A stretch of 64,000 nucleotides of DNA, taken from the NCBI GenBank assembly GCA_963828125.1, contig CAWHDP010000001.1, positions 32,001 through 96,000 on the forward strand, in the 5' to 3' direction. The position numbers and the translations under genes were made by a program. The number at the start of each line of letters is the position of its first letter. Within the stretch, counting starts at the first letter, position 1. Positions 1 through 9,559 of this stretch are shown piece by piece. Under the pieces are notes generated by a model. It worked only from the letters and a program-made list of their open reading frames with translations. It made no database searches and had not been told where the DNA came from. Source of the stretch: an uncultured Chlamydiae bacterium (GTDB lineage Bacteria > Chlamydiota > Chlamydiia > Chlamydiales > SM23-39).

Positions 1-885
1 GCCTCTTTCGGCGAGGCTCGCTTCGTTATGCTCGCCATGACAGGGAGCGCCGGACTGTTGCCTGCGGTCTCAGCGATCTTAGCTGGCAAACAGATCGGCC
101 TTGCGAACAAAGAGGTGATGATCTCCGCAGGGGAGCTGATCAGCGGCCTTGTGAAGCAACATCGGGTCGATCTTTTGCCCGTCGATAGCGAACACAGCGC
201 CCTATTCCAGTGCCTGAAGGGGGAAGATCCCAAACGGGTCAGACGGCTTATTTTGACCGCCTCCGGAGGTCCATTCAGAAATAAGAGCCGCGCTGAGTTG
301 AAGAGCGTGACTCTGAGCGAGGCGATGTCCCATCCCAATTTCCGGATGGGCCCCAAAGTGACTGTCGATTCCTCGACGCTCATGAACAAAGGACTCGAGA
401 TGATCGAGGCCAAATGGCTCTTTGGCATCGAGGCCGGGAGAGTGGAAGCGGTGATCCATCCCCAACAGCGGATCCACAGCTGCGTAGAGTTCATCGACGG
501 TTCGATGATGGCCCAAATGTCCGAACCCGACATGCTCTTCCCGATCCAGTACGCATTGACCTATCCGGATCGGAAGGAGGGGCAGCTCCCCCCCTATGAT
601 TTCATGAAAAATGGAACCCTCACTTTTTTTTCGCCCGACAAAGAAAAATTCCGGTGTCTGGATCTTGCCATTCAGGCGATGCACGCAGGGCGGAGCTACC
701 CCTGCTTTCTCAATGCCGCAAATGAAGTTCTCGTCGACCGGTTTCTCAAGCAAAAAATCTCCTGGACGGAGATTGGCGAGAAGCTAGAAAAATTAATCTC
801 TTCACACGATCCGCAAAATCTGTTAACATTAGAGGCAATTCTTGAAGTAGATGGCTTAGCCAGAGAAAAAGCGAGTGTTGTTTGA
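1..885 (+). CDS. dxr: 1-deoxy-D-xylulose 5-phosphate reductoisomerase (5' end outside window)
   Basis: Motifs LANKE, LLPVDSEHSALFQ, LTASGGPF, HPNFRMGPKVTVDSSTLMNKGLE, NAANE; the frame is open from base 1. Confidence 0.97.
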   Translation, partial: ASFGEARFVMLAMTGSAGLLPAVSAILAGKQIGLANKEVMISAGELISGLVKQHRVDLLPVDSEHSALFQCLKGEDPKRVRRLILTASGGPFRNKSRAELKSVTLSEAMSHPNFRMGPKVTVDSSTLMNKGLEMIEAKWLFGIEAGRVEAVIHPQQRIHSCVEFIDGSMMAQMSEPDMLFPIQYALTYPDRKEGQLPPYDFMKNGTLTFFSPDKEKFRCLDLAIQAMHAGRSYPCFLNAANEVLVDRFLKQKISWTEIGEKLEKLISSHDPQNLLTLEAILEVDGLAREKASVV

Positions 886-2819
886 CTTTGATTAACTTGG
901 TGTACGTTCTCCTTGCGATGCTCGGCCTCAGCTTCCTCGTCTTTATCCACGAGCTAGGCCACTATTGGGTGGCCAGACGGAGAGGGATGCGCGTCGAAGC
1001 GTTCGCCATCGGCTTTGGCAAGCCGATCTTCACGTGGGTGAGGGACGGCGTCAAGTGGCGCATTGGGATGCTCCCCTTCGGCGGCTATGTCAAAATTGCC
1101 GGTATGCAGAGAGAGGGGAACCTCGAACCGTCGGAGATCCCAGACGGCTTCTATGGGAAAAAGCCGTGGGATCGGATTTTAGTCGCTTTTGCCGGCCCCT
1201 TCGTCAACATCGCCTTTGCCTTTGTCTTGTTTGGCGTCATTTGGTTTTCCGGAGGGAGAGATAAGTCCTTCACCGAATTCACCCATCGGATCGGCTGGAT
1301 AGATCCGAAATCGGCCCTCTACGCCCATGGAGTCCGTCCAGGCGACGTCATCGAAAAATACGATGGCCGCCCCTTCAACGGCTTCAAAGATCTCTTGATG
1401 GCCTCGATCATGAGCGATAAGACGAACCGGATCGAAGGAACCAAAATCGACTATTTGACCGGCGTCAAGACCCACTTCGACTATACCCTCAAGACCTATC
1501 AGAACCCCGAACCGCTTGGTAAAGAAAAGCTCAATACGATCGGCGTCCTTTCTCCCGCCCGCTATCTGATTTTTAACGGACCTAGCCTTTTGGCCGGCTC
1601 GCCCATGTCGGGCAGCGGCATTCAGCCTAAAGACCGGCTCCTTTGGGTCGACGGAGAGATCGTTTTCTCTCCCCAACAACTCAGCGCCCTAACCAATGAA
1701 TCGACCGCCTTTTTGACTGTCCAGAGGGGCGGAGAGATCTTCCAGACTAAAGCCCCCCGCGTCCGACTCTCCGAGCTGAAACTGACCCTTCCCGAGCGGG
1801 GCGAAATCGACGATTGGCAACACGAGGCCCACCTTAAAGGGCGCCTCCCCGATCTCTACTTCATCCCTTACAACCTCTCCCCGAGTATGGCGGTGGAAGG
1901 TTCCCTCTCCTTTATTGACGGACAAGATCGGGCGAAAGCCTTTCAGCCTTGCGAGCGCTGCTCATTTTTTGTTCCGCTTCGGGAAGGGGACAAGATCCTC
2001 GCTATCGACGGCCGGCCGGTCAAGGCTCCCTACGAACTTCTTCAAGCGATTCAGGAGCGGCGCATCCTCCTCATTGTCGACCGGGATCCCTCCATTGCCC
2101 AAAAAATTCTCTGGACCGACGCCGACCAGCAGTTCGACGCATTCCGCACAGCCGATTTAGAGAAGATCAGCGCCTCGATCGGCACCAGCCATCCAGTCAC
2201 CGACGCGGGAGAGCTTCATCTCCTCGCGCCGATTACCCCTAAATCGATCGCCGATTTCGACCTATCCGACGCCCAAAAAGGGCAGCTGGCCCAAGAACTC
2301 GCCCAGACTAAAAAAGAGATCGAAGCGATCCAAGACCCGGTTCAGCGCGAAGAGGCGATCCGCCAGCTCGAGAAGAGCCAAGCCAAACTCGTCCTCGGCC
2401 TCCCCCTCGTCGACAGGGAAGTCCGCTACAACCCATCTCCGGCCGCACAATTTTCGGAAGTCGTCAGCGACACCTATCGAACCCTAGTCAGCCTCTTCAG
2501 CGGTTCGGCCCATCCGAAGTACATGGCAGGCCCCGTCGGCATCGTCCAGATCGTCCATAACAGTTGGATGCTAGGGCCCAAAGAAGCTCTCTTCTGGATC
2601 GCCCTTATCAGCATCAATCTCGGGATTTTCAATTTGTTGCCCCTGCCAGTTCTTGACGGAGGGCACATCCTTTTCTCGCTCGTCGAACTCTTTACCCGTA
2701 GGCCTATCCGCTCCAAAACGATGGAGAAACTCGTCATCCCATTTGTCGTGCTGTTGATTGGGTTTTTTATCTTCGTGACCTACAACGATATTTCGAGACT
2801 ATTCAGCAAGTTCTTTTAA
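882..2819 (+). CDS. rseP: Site-2 (M50) RIP metalloprotease with PDZ-like inserts, long chlamydial form
   Basis: HELGH zinc motif, AGPFVN, NLLPLPVLDGGH; overlaps the dxr stop as in the usual dxr-rseP pair. Confidence 0.95.
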   Translation: MTLINLVYVLLAMLGLSFLVFIHELGHYWVARRRGMRVEAFAIGFGKPIFTWVRDGVKWRIGMLPFGGYVKIAGMQREGNLEPSEIPDGFYGKKPWDRILVAFAGPFVNIAFAFVLFGVIWFSGGRDKSFTEFTHRIGWIDPKSALYAHGVRPGDVIEKYDGRPFNGFKDLLMASIMSDKTNRIEGTKIDYLTGVKTHFDYTLKTYQNPEPLGKEKLNTIGVLSPARYLIFNGPSLLAGSPMSGSGIQPKDRLLWVDGEIVFSPQQLSALTNESTAFLTVQRGGEIFQTKAPRVRLSELKLTLPERGEIDDWQHEAHLKGRLPDLYFIPYNLSPSMAVEGSLSFIDGQDRAKAFQPCERCSFFVPLREGDKILAIDGRPVKAPYELLQAIQERRILLIVDRDPSIAQKILWTDADQQFDAFRTADLEKISASIGTSHPVTDAGELHLLAPITPKSIADFDLSDAQKGQLAQELAQTKKEIEAIQDPVQREEAIRQLEKSQAKLVLGLPLVDREVRYNPSPAAQFSEVVSDTYRTLVSLFSGSAHPKYMAGPVGIVQIVHNSWMLGPKEALFWIALISINLGIFNLLPLPVLDGGHILFSLVELFTRRPIRSKTMEKLVIPFVVLLIGFFIFVTYNDISRLFSKFF

Positions 2820-2833
2820 CTGAGTGAGGTTGG

Positions 2834-4063
2834 ATGATATTACGCACTCGCTTTGCTGGAATGATCGGCAATATTCTCGGGCACTACGATACGGCTCTTT
2901 TTGGTCTTTTAGCCCCATTTATCGCGCCGTTATTTTTTGAAAAAACAGATCCGCTAACGGCGCTCATCTTGACATATGGAATGATGCCATTGGGGATCAT
3001 TACGAGGCCTCTCGGCTCTCTGTTTTTCGGTTGGATGGGAGATCGCTTAGGTCGAAAACAGGCTCTTTTTTGCTCTTTATCTGGAATGGCCATAGTGACA
3101 TGCCTCATGGGATCCCTGCCGATTTATAGACATGCGGGAATCTTAGCCCCCTGTCTTCTTGCCGCTGGAAGGATGCTGCAGAGCTTTTTTGCTGCTGGAG
3201 AGTCGGCAGGCGCATCGATTTTTATTCTTGAAAACACCCCTGTTGCGCTCCGGTGCCTAACCAGCAGTTTTTACGATCTCTCTTCTATAAGTGGTGCACT
3301 GATTGCCTCGGGGCTTGTTACTTTTTTTTGTATGCAAGGATGGATGGAAGAGGGGTGGCGACTCCTTTTTTGGATGGGGGGCATGACGGCTGTTGTCGGC
3401 CTGTTTGTAAGGTTAAAAACACAAGAGGGGAAAGAGTTTCAGCCGGAAAAAAAATGGGGCTTCATTCATGCATTAAAGGGACATAAAAGGGCTCTTATAT
3501 CTGTCGCTATCGCGTCAGGCTTTTCTTATACGACTTATGATTTGGCATTTACCGTGATGAATAGCTATGTCCCGTTGGTGAGCGCACTGACCAAAACCGA
3601 CCTTATGAAAGTCAATACCGCACTTCTTGTTTTTGACATGTTCTTGCTCCCCTGTTTTGGATATTTGGCGCACAAGGCCGGAAAAGAAAAGGTTATGATG
3701 GCAGGCGCTTTTTGTTCTGCCCTAGGGGCCATTCCTCTCTTTTACTGCCTGAATGGAGCGGGAATTGCCGTAGCGACTGCTGTGCGGACGGCCATCGTGA
3801 TTTTTGGGGTTGCCTTTGCAGCCCCTTACCATGCGTGGAAATTGGAATGCGTGCCGCCCCAGTATCGCTATACGATTCTCTCTCTCGGATGTACGTTGGG
3901 ATCTCAGCTCATTGGAGCTCCAACCACGGCCGTCAGCCTCTGGCTCTATAAACAGCTCGGATTTGTTTGGGCGCCTGGCCTTTATCTAGCAGTCATCGGA
4001 GTATTGGCCTGGGTCGTTGTCTACCGACAGGCTAGAGAGGAAGCCTCAGAGGTGATTTCGTGA
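2834..4063 (+). CDS. MFS transporter, ProP/MHS-like
   Basis: GNILGHYD, RPLGSLFFGWMGDRLGRK, GRMLQSFFAAGE; about 12 hydrophobic segments. Confidence 0.88.
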   Translation: MILRTRFAGMIGNILGHYDTALFGLLAPFIAPLFFEKTDPLTALILTYGMMPLGIITRPLGSLFFGWMGDRLGRKQALFCSLSGMAIVTCLMGSLPIYRHAGILAPCLLAAGRMLQSFFAAGESAGASIFILENTPVALRCLTSSFYDLSSISGALIASGLVTFFCMQGWMEEGWRLLFWMGGMTAVVGLFVRLKTQEGKEFQPEKKWGFIHALKGHKRALISVAIASGFSYTTYDLAFTVMNSYVPLVSALTKTDLMKVNTALLVFDMFLLPCFGYLAHKAGKEKVMMAGAFCSALGAIPLFYCLNGAGIAVATAVRTAIVIFGVAFAAPYHAWKLECVPPQYRYTILSLGCTLGSQLIGAPTTAVSLWLYKQLGFVWAPGLYLAVIGVLAWVVVYRQAREEASEVIS

Positions 4064-4091
4064 GCAAGGTCAAAACTTTCTTGTCCCTCAA

Positions 4092-4154
4092 ACTAGACAT
4101 TGGCCATTTATCAGCGCTAGGGCGCCCAGCGCTGATAAATGGCCAATCTCCAGT
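4092..4154. repeat. Long near-perfect palindrome (family C end motif ACTRGASATTGGCC)
   Basis: attggccatttatcagcgct (4099-4118) is the exact reverse complement of 4128-4147; the centre gggcgccc is self-complementary; arms extend with mismatches; related actggacattggcc at 24338-24351 and aatgtccagt at 15291-15300. Confidence 0.85.
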
Positions 4155-4198
4155 AAAAGTGATTGTTGAACAACCTCTCAAACAAACTAGGAGTCCAC

Positions 4199-5347
4199 AT
4201 GTCCGTTGCTGCCAGTTCTGATCGACAGCTTGTCTTCTGCCCCCCTCCGCTAGGCAAGCCAGATCCTACTCAACGAAGACCGAGCGAAGGCCCCGATCAT
4301 CGTACCCGTGTCCGTCAATCAGGGGCTAAGGGGAGTACTTGCTGGTATGCTGCTTATAATTTATTACGAGAGCGTTATAAAGACCCAAATACAGCAAATT
4401 TATCAGAAGAAAGACGATTTGAGCAGATTGCATCTTCTTTGCGTAAATCCCTCTCAGCCCATAAGAGCTCGCTCCCAGATGCGGCAGGCTGGCTCAATGC
4501 CGATATCATGGCAACATATTTCCAGACACTGACCAAGGAAACAATAAAAACCCCTCAGATTCAACAAGAGCTACGATCTTTTGATGCATCAACGTCCCCA
4601 AAGGTGTCTTGCTGTTCTGTTCTTCCTGGCTTTCTACAACAAGAGAAATGTGAAAACTTATTCGGTTATCTTTTTTATCTAAAAGTTGCCGGTAGAGAAC
4701 CTTTCTACAATCGATTTTTCGCTACACTGAACATAAATCTTCCAAATTTATTTGAAGCCGCCAAGCAGAAAGATCCAGAGCTAGATCGCTCGTATTGTCA
4801 AGGGAAAAAGTGGGAACAGCTTGATTGGGAAAAGAAAGCCATGTTTTTACATATGTTCGCCAAACAACTAATAGCCGAGCGTTATAACATGCAAGTCTCC
4901 TCATGGCGTCCCTGTCAACTTATTGGGCATCTTATCACCGAATTGCAGGAACGAGGTCCTCTAATAGTGGAGGGGTGCTTTGGAGATAGTTATTATAACG
5001 TTCCAGCTACAAACCTGAACACACAAATTAAAGGCAGAGCGGTTTACGGATGGCTCAAAAAGGATTCGAAAAGTAGCAGGCCTGTCACAGGCCATACTAT
5101 CCTTCTCGTTGGCGCAGAAAAAAATGGGCGACAAGAACTTGTTTACTACATCGATCCGAACGATGAGAGCGACCCATCGCACCCTGAAAAACAGCGAATT
5201 TTTTGCATGTCATACACAAGGCTTACGTCTGCAGAAAATATTTGCGATCATTATGGCGGTTTAGGCAATGATGCACCTGATACTGTCGGATACGCTGTAT
5301 ACAGAAATAAAAATTCACAAACAGGGGATGAAACAGCGCCTTCCTGA
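4199..5347 (+). CDS. Hypothetical protein with papain-like (AvrRpt2/C70-C39-like) cysteine protease motifs; candidate effector
   Basis: RQ-x6-TCWYAA (Cys codon 4340), LQERGPLIV, GHTILLVG (His 5093), VYYIDP (Asp 5153); Ser-rich N-terminus; visibly AT-richer than core genes. Confidence 0.65.
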   Translation: MSVAASSDRQLVFCPPPLGKPDPTQRRPSEGPDHRTRVRQSGAKGSTCWYAAYNLLRERYKDPNTANLSEERRFEQIASSLRKSLSAHKSSLPDAAGWLNADIMATYFQTLTKETIKTPQIQQELRSFDASTSPKVSCCSVLPGFLQQEKCENLFGYLFYLKVAGREPFYNRFFATLNINLPNLFEAAKQKDPELDRSYCQGKKWEQLDWEKKAMFLHMFAKQLIAERYNMQVSSWRPCQLIGHLITELQERGPLIVEGCFGDSYYNVPATNLNTQIKGRAVYGWLKKDSKSSRPVTGHTILLVGAEKNGRQELVYYIDPNDESDPSHPEKQRIFCMSYTRLTSAENICDHYGGLGNDAPDTVGYAVYRNKNSQTGDETAPS

Positions 5348-5359
5348 GTGAGGAATTGG

Positions 5360-5398
5360 CGTAAAAGTTCAGTCTCCGAAGGGGACTGAACTTTTACG
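5360..5398. terminator. Hairpin between convergent genes, probable bidirectional terminator
   Basis: cgtaaaagttcagtc / gactgaacttttacg 15-bp inverted repeat. Confidence 0.7.
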
Positions 5399-5405
5399 TT
5401 TTGAG

Positions 5406-6740
5406 TCATTTTTGGCATAACTGTGAGAAAAACTCATCGATTGCTTGATTGGCCCTTCTGGGGTCTAGGCACTGATTGACTAAAATCGCAAATGCGATTT
5501 TGCCCGCATACCCTGCATATCCTTTCACCAAAGACATGGTTCCATTTTTGGCTCTGATCGACCCTTGGTATTGGGGCAGTGATTCGAGAAAAACGGGAAA
5601 GAGATCCGATTTTTTCATCATGACGAGCATTTCGACGAGTTGGGTCGCTGTGATTAAATTTTTCCTCGAAAGACCCGACCCATCGATCATGTTAAAGCCG
5701 CCGAGTTCGATCTTTTGGGATTTCCAGAAACCGGCCACCGCTCTGACCCCTGCAGCTGTGGACCCTTCCCCTTGCCTTACTTCTCCCATTTTTTTCAAAA
5801 GGTGTTCGGCATAGAGATTAATGCTTTTCTGATTGGTCCAGTGGACAATCTCTCGAATGGTTGGGGAGGAGCTCGTATGAAAAACGGTTCTCTCTTTTTG
5901 CTGCGCCATTTTTTGCTGTCCAACCGCAATGCCTCTCCGCTTGAGCTCCTCCATGAGCCAACTGGCGCAGGCGGCTGCCGGGTCGGGAATCGCGCCCCGA
6001 ATCGCAAATTCATGGGCAGCTGCGGGGATTGTGCCGCGGACAAACTGGGTGGGAGAAAACTCCATGCCATAAATACAGGCATGATCCCCAGATCCTTCGG
6101 GCCCGGTTTTCACCTCATTTTGCAAAACGAGTGTGGGAAGGGGAGGCTCTGTGCGCAAAATCACGGCCTCTTCGCCGACCCTCTTCCCAGGCTGGAAAAC
6201 AAGGGAATACGCATTCTCATGAAAGGATAAAGCAGAAGCTCCCGCGCCGTAATAGTTGCCCAAATCTTCCCACGACCAGCTCGGGACGGCTAACGCCCTT
6301 TCCCACCTCGACGCATCGCCGATCACTTTCCCTACGATGTTTCGGATCCCTAGCTTTTGGACGGCGTCTGCCCAGACCTCAATCTGTTCTTTCCATGAAA
6401 GGGAGCCCGGAATACGGTCCGATCCGAGGCAGGGGTCGCCTCCGCCTCGAATGTAGAGATTGCCTTCGAGCGTCTCATCTAGCACTCCGTCATACTCCAA
6501 ATAGGTTTCAAAACGGCTTTCTGCCCCAAGCAAATGGAGGGCCGCGGTTGTGGTGACGATTTTCATGCAAGAGGCGGGGACGAGGCTCAAAGCACTATTT
6601 TTTTCGAACAAAACTTCGCCTGTTTCACAGTCGAGCGCATACAGGCTTACAATGGCATGATCCAAAGAATCAAATTCTTCGCAAAACAAACGGGGCATAA
6701 ACCAACTCGATGCGAACAGCGCTAGGAGAACGAATTGCAT
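5406..6740 (-). CDS. dacB: D-Ala-D-Ala carboxypeptidase/endopeptidase (PBP4, S13)
   Basis: PASCMK (SxxK), GGGDP, SIN (SxN), DGSGLSR, KNGT; signal peptide. Confidence 0.93.
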   Translation of the reverse strand: MQFVLLALFASSWFMPRLFCEEFDSLDHAIVSLYALDCETGEVLFEKNSALSLVPASCMKIVTTTAALHLLGAESRFETYLEYDGVLDETLEGNLYIRGGGDPCLGSDRIPGSLSWKEQIEVWADAVQKLGIRNIVGKVIGDASRWERALAVPSWSWEDLGNYYGAGASALSFHENAYSLVFQPGKRVGEEAVILRTEPPLPTLVLQNEVKTGPEGSGDHACIYGMEFSPTQFVRGTIPAAAHEFAIRGAIPDPAAACASWLMEELKRRGIAVGQQKMAQQKERTVFHTSSSPTIREIVHWTNQKSINLYAEHLLKKMGEVRQGEGSTAAGVRAVAGFWKSQKIELGGFNMIDGSGLSRKNLITATQLVEMLVMMKKSDLFPVFLESLPQYQGSIRAKNGTMSLVKGYAGYAGKIAFAILVNQCLDPRRANQAIDEFFSQLCQK

Positions 6741-6762
6741 GGGCAGATGATACGATACCGAT

Positions 6763-8919
6763 CTATTTATAGTGAAGTACGTTGCGGAGAATCGACCAAC
6801 GGGGTTCTCCCTTTTCGGGAGGGATGCCGTGGAGCCAATAGTCTGTCATCTTTTTCTTGAAGCCCGATTCTTCTTTGAGCTTCATCCAGTTGTTGAGAAA
6901 AAAGGCAAAATCGGTCGCATGCCGTCGAATCGGATAGGCGAAGAAATTTTTGCCGAGATCGCTTCCGTAATCCATCGCGACGAATTCGGGATGCGAAAGA
7001 CACCAAATCACAGCGCTTGTTTCAGACCAGACCATCGCATCGACCTCTCCTTGGAGCAAGGGGGTGGGATCGAGGACGTCGGTCACATCTACTTTGGGAA
7101 AATGCCGTTTCCCGATTTCGAAAAGAGCTCCTATAGCGCCGATTTTCAGGCTGCTGTTTTTCTGTACTGCCTTCAGGTTAAAAAATTCTTTTTTCTTCGA
7201 CCTAGGGACGACGAGGACGACGTTATCCTCGTAGTAGGGAAAGGTAAACTGCATTTGGACGAGCCGCTCCTCATTCATAATCACGGAGGACATCCCGATG
7301 TCGAATGCCCCTTCGCTGAGCCCTTTGCCGATATTGTCAAATTCGAAGGGGACGAACTGGAGGCTGCATTCCAAATCGTTGGCCAGTTCATAGGCGTAAG
7401 AGATGTCGAATCCGACGAGTTCGTTCCGATTGTTATAGTACGAATAGGGGATTGAGCTTGGAGAGAATCCCACTTTCAAAATCCTCGAGTCGACGACTTG
7501 GCGGAAGACTCTCGGGATCGCATTGTCGGGAAAAGTTCTCGGATCGCCTGTGTCTCCGAGGGCGAGGATTTCCGCTTTTGCCGGATGATCGATCACTGCG
7601 GAAAGGGTGAGATTCATGTAGAGGTTTTGGTACATGTCCGATGGATGGACGACCGCTTTAAAGGCAAAAATAACGAGGGCGAAGCCAATGAGCGGGGCGC
7701 CGAGGCGAAGGGTGAGCTCTCTCCATCTGACTTGAATGAGGCCATAGTAGGAATAGATGGTGAGCAAGATGAGGGTGAGGACGCTTGCGATGCTCATCAG
7801 GACTTGAAAATTGTAGGTGAAGGATTTCATCTCTAAAAAAAATTGGACGGCTCCGTCTGGAAAGCCGAGTTCGTGAATGAGGTAGAGGATCGAGTTTAAA
7901 TTGCCCGTCGACGATCCGATTGAAAGGGGGACTGTCAAAATCGAGATCAACGTTTGCTCAAAGCCGGTGAATGGGTGGCGGTAGTAATAGGAGATAAATA
8001 GGATGAAAAACAGGGTCATCGCATTCCCAATATGGCCAAAGCTGTAGGCGATGGGGAGGATTGTTTGCCCTTTTTCGTGAAAGCGTTCTTGCGTCCCGTG
8101 TTTTCGGGAGAGTAGTTTCAAATAGACGTTCAGAAAGGGGAGGGCGGTTGTTGTGAGTCCCGTGACAAAGGGCAAAAGACAGACGAATCGGATAGCCTTG
8201 ATCGCCTCTTTGTAGCTCAGAGGAGTCAGTGTGGAAAGGAGCGTGGGTAAAATCCAGAAGGTGACGAAGAGAGAAGAGACAATGAAAGAAAAAACATACA
8301 GCTCTAGTTTAGGGAGCTCTTCAAAGTGGATGGTTCCAACGGCGATCGAAATGTAGACGAAGGCTCCAATGGGGGAGAGGAGGCCGAGCCAGTATAGAAT
8401 CTTTTCAATCGTCTGATTGATCCGTTCGAGCGATGAGATGAGCGGCTCTTTTTTCTCGATATGCATCAGAGCCAGTCCCGAAATCAACCCGAAAATAGCC
8501 ACTGCAGGAGCGATATTGTTTACGATGTCGTAGAATGGGTTTTGCGGAATTAAGTTTGCGATAAAATTTTTTGAGAATTGCGAGGCGAGCTCACTTGAGG
8601 CTTGAGTTTGAATGAGGGGGGAGACGCTCCTTGGGATGAGGGTCGCTAAAAGATAAATCAGGACAAACATGAGCGCCCACAGTGTGGCAAAATAGGGCCA
8701 GCCGGAACGGAATATTTTTTTCCCGATGTCTGGGGTCATCGATCCAAGGCCGTGGATCAGCGAGAAGGTGATGTAGGGGAGAACGGTCATTTGTAAGAGC
8801 ATCGTGTAGGCAGAGCCGATCGGATCGAGTCCGGTCGTGAGCGGTCCGAAAAAAAGGCCGACGAAGATCCCGAGAAGAACGGCGATAAGGACTTGCGTCC
8901 CAATAGAGAGATTGCCCAT
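6763..8919 (-). CDS. Dicarboxylate/amino acid:cation symporter fused to a C-terminal family-3 solute-binding domain
   Basis: Hydrophobic GltP-like N-terminal region (start MGNLSIGTQVLIAVLLG); C-terminal LKVGF..PYSY...GFDISYAYELANDL..FTFPYY; the longer ORF start overlaps gmhA and was rejected. Confidence 0.85.
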   Translation of the reverse strand: MGNLSIGTQVLIAVLLGIFVGLFFGPLTTGLDPIGSAYTMLLQMTVLPYITFSLIHGLGSMTPDIGKKIFRSGWPYFATLWALMFVLIYLLATLIPRSVSPLIQTQASSELASQFSKNFIANLIPQNPFYDIVNNIAPAVAIFGLISGLALMHIEKKEPLISSLERINQTIEKILYWLGLLSPIGAFVYISIAVGTIHFEELPKLELYVFSFIVSSLFVTFWILPTLLSTLTPLSYKEAIKAIRFVCLLPFVTGLTTTALPFLNVYLKLLSRKHGTQERFHEKGQTILPIAYSFGHIGNAMTLFFILFISYYYRHPFTGFEQTLISILTVPLSIGSSTGNLNSILYLIHELGFPDGAVQFFLEMKSFTYNFQVLMSIASVLTLILLTIYSYYGLIQVRWRELTLRLGAPLIGFALVIFAFKAVVHPSDMYQNLYMNLTLSAVIDHPAKAEILALGDTGDPRTFPDNAIPRVFRQVVDSRILKVGFSPSSIPYSYYNNRNELVGFDISYAYELANDLECSLQFVPFEFDNIGKGLSEGAFDIGMSSVIMNEERLVQMQFTFPYYEDNVVLVVPRSKKKEFFNLKAVQKNSSLKIGAIGALFEIGKRHFPKVDVTDVLDPTPLLQGEVDAMVWSETSAVIWCLSHPEFVAMDYGSDLGKNFFAYPIRRHATDFAFFLNNWMKLKEESGFKKKMTDYWLHGIPPEKGEPRWSILRNVLHYK

Positions 8920-8974
8920 AATTTTTTCGTATATACCGATTTCCTTTTTTTGTCTTTTCACATAAGATGTCTGT

Positions 8975-9559
8975 ATGGAAGAGCCAATTCTGCAAGCGGT
9001 GGAGGGGGCCGTTCGGGCCGCCGCCTTTTTAAAGAGGGAGGAGAGTCTCCTCTTCATCGCACAATGCGCGGAGCGGATCGCCGCCTGTTTTAAAGGCGGG
9101 CGTAAAATTTTGATTGCCGGCAATGGGGGCAGTCTCTGCGATGCGATGCACTTTGCCGAAGAGCTCACCGGTCAATTTCGTGAAAGACGGCCCGCATTGC
9201 CGGCGATTGCCCTCGCCGATCCGGCCCATATGAGTTGCGTGGCGAACGACATGGGCTATGAGTCGGTTTTTGCCCGCGGGGTTGAAGCGTTCGGCCAGCC
9301 CGGAGATCTCTTTATTGCTCTCACTACGAGCGGCAATTCGCCGAATCTCCTCGCGGCCCTCCGTCAAGCGAAACAAAAGGGGCTTGGCACCATCTCGTTT
9401 CTCGGCAAAACGGGCGGACAGATGAAGGGGCTTTCCGATCTGGAGTGGATCGTCTCCGGCTTTCCTTTCTCCGACCGGATCCAAGAGGCCCACATGGCTG
9501 CCATCCACATCGTCATCGAGAGGGTCGAACAGCATCTGTTCGCTTATGCTCCGCGATAA
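8975..9559 (+). CDS. gmhA: Phosphoheptose isomerase
   Basis: GNGGSLCDAMHFAEE, NDMGYESVFAR, TTSGNSPN, DRIQEAHM. Confidence 0.95.
   Translation: MEEPILQAVEGAVRAAAFLKREESLLFIAQCAERIAACFKGGRKILIAGNGGSLCDAMHFAEELTGQFRERRPALPAIALADPAHMSCVANDMGYESVFARGVEAFGQPGDLFIALTTSGNSPNLLAALRQAKQKGLGTISFLGKTGGQMKGLSDLEWIVSGFPFSDRIQEAHMAAIHIVIERVEQHLFAYAPR

Noticed and set aside
8920..9168. 83-aa N-terminal extension of the symporter ORF
   Set aside because: Antisense overlap with gmhA; recognisable transporter sequence begins at Met 8919
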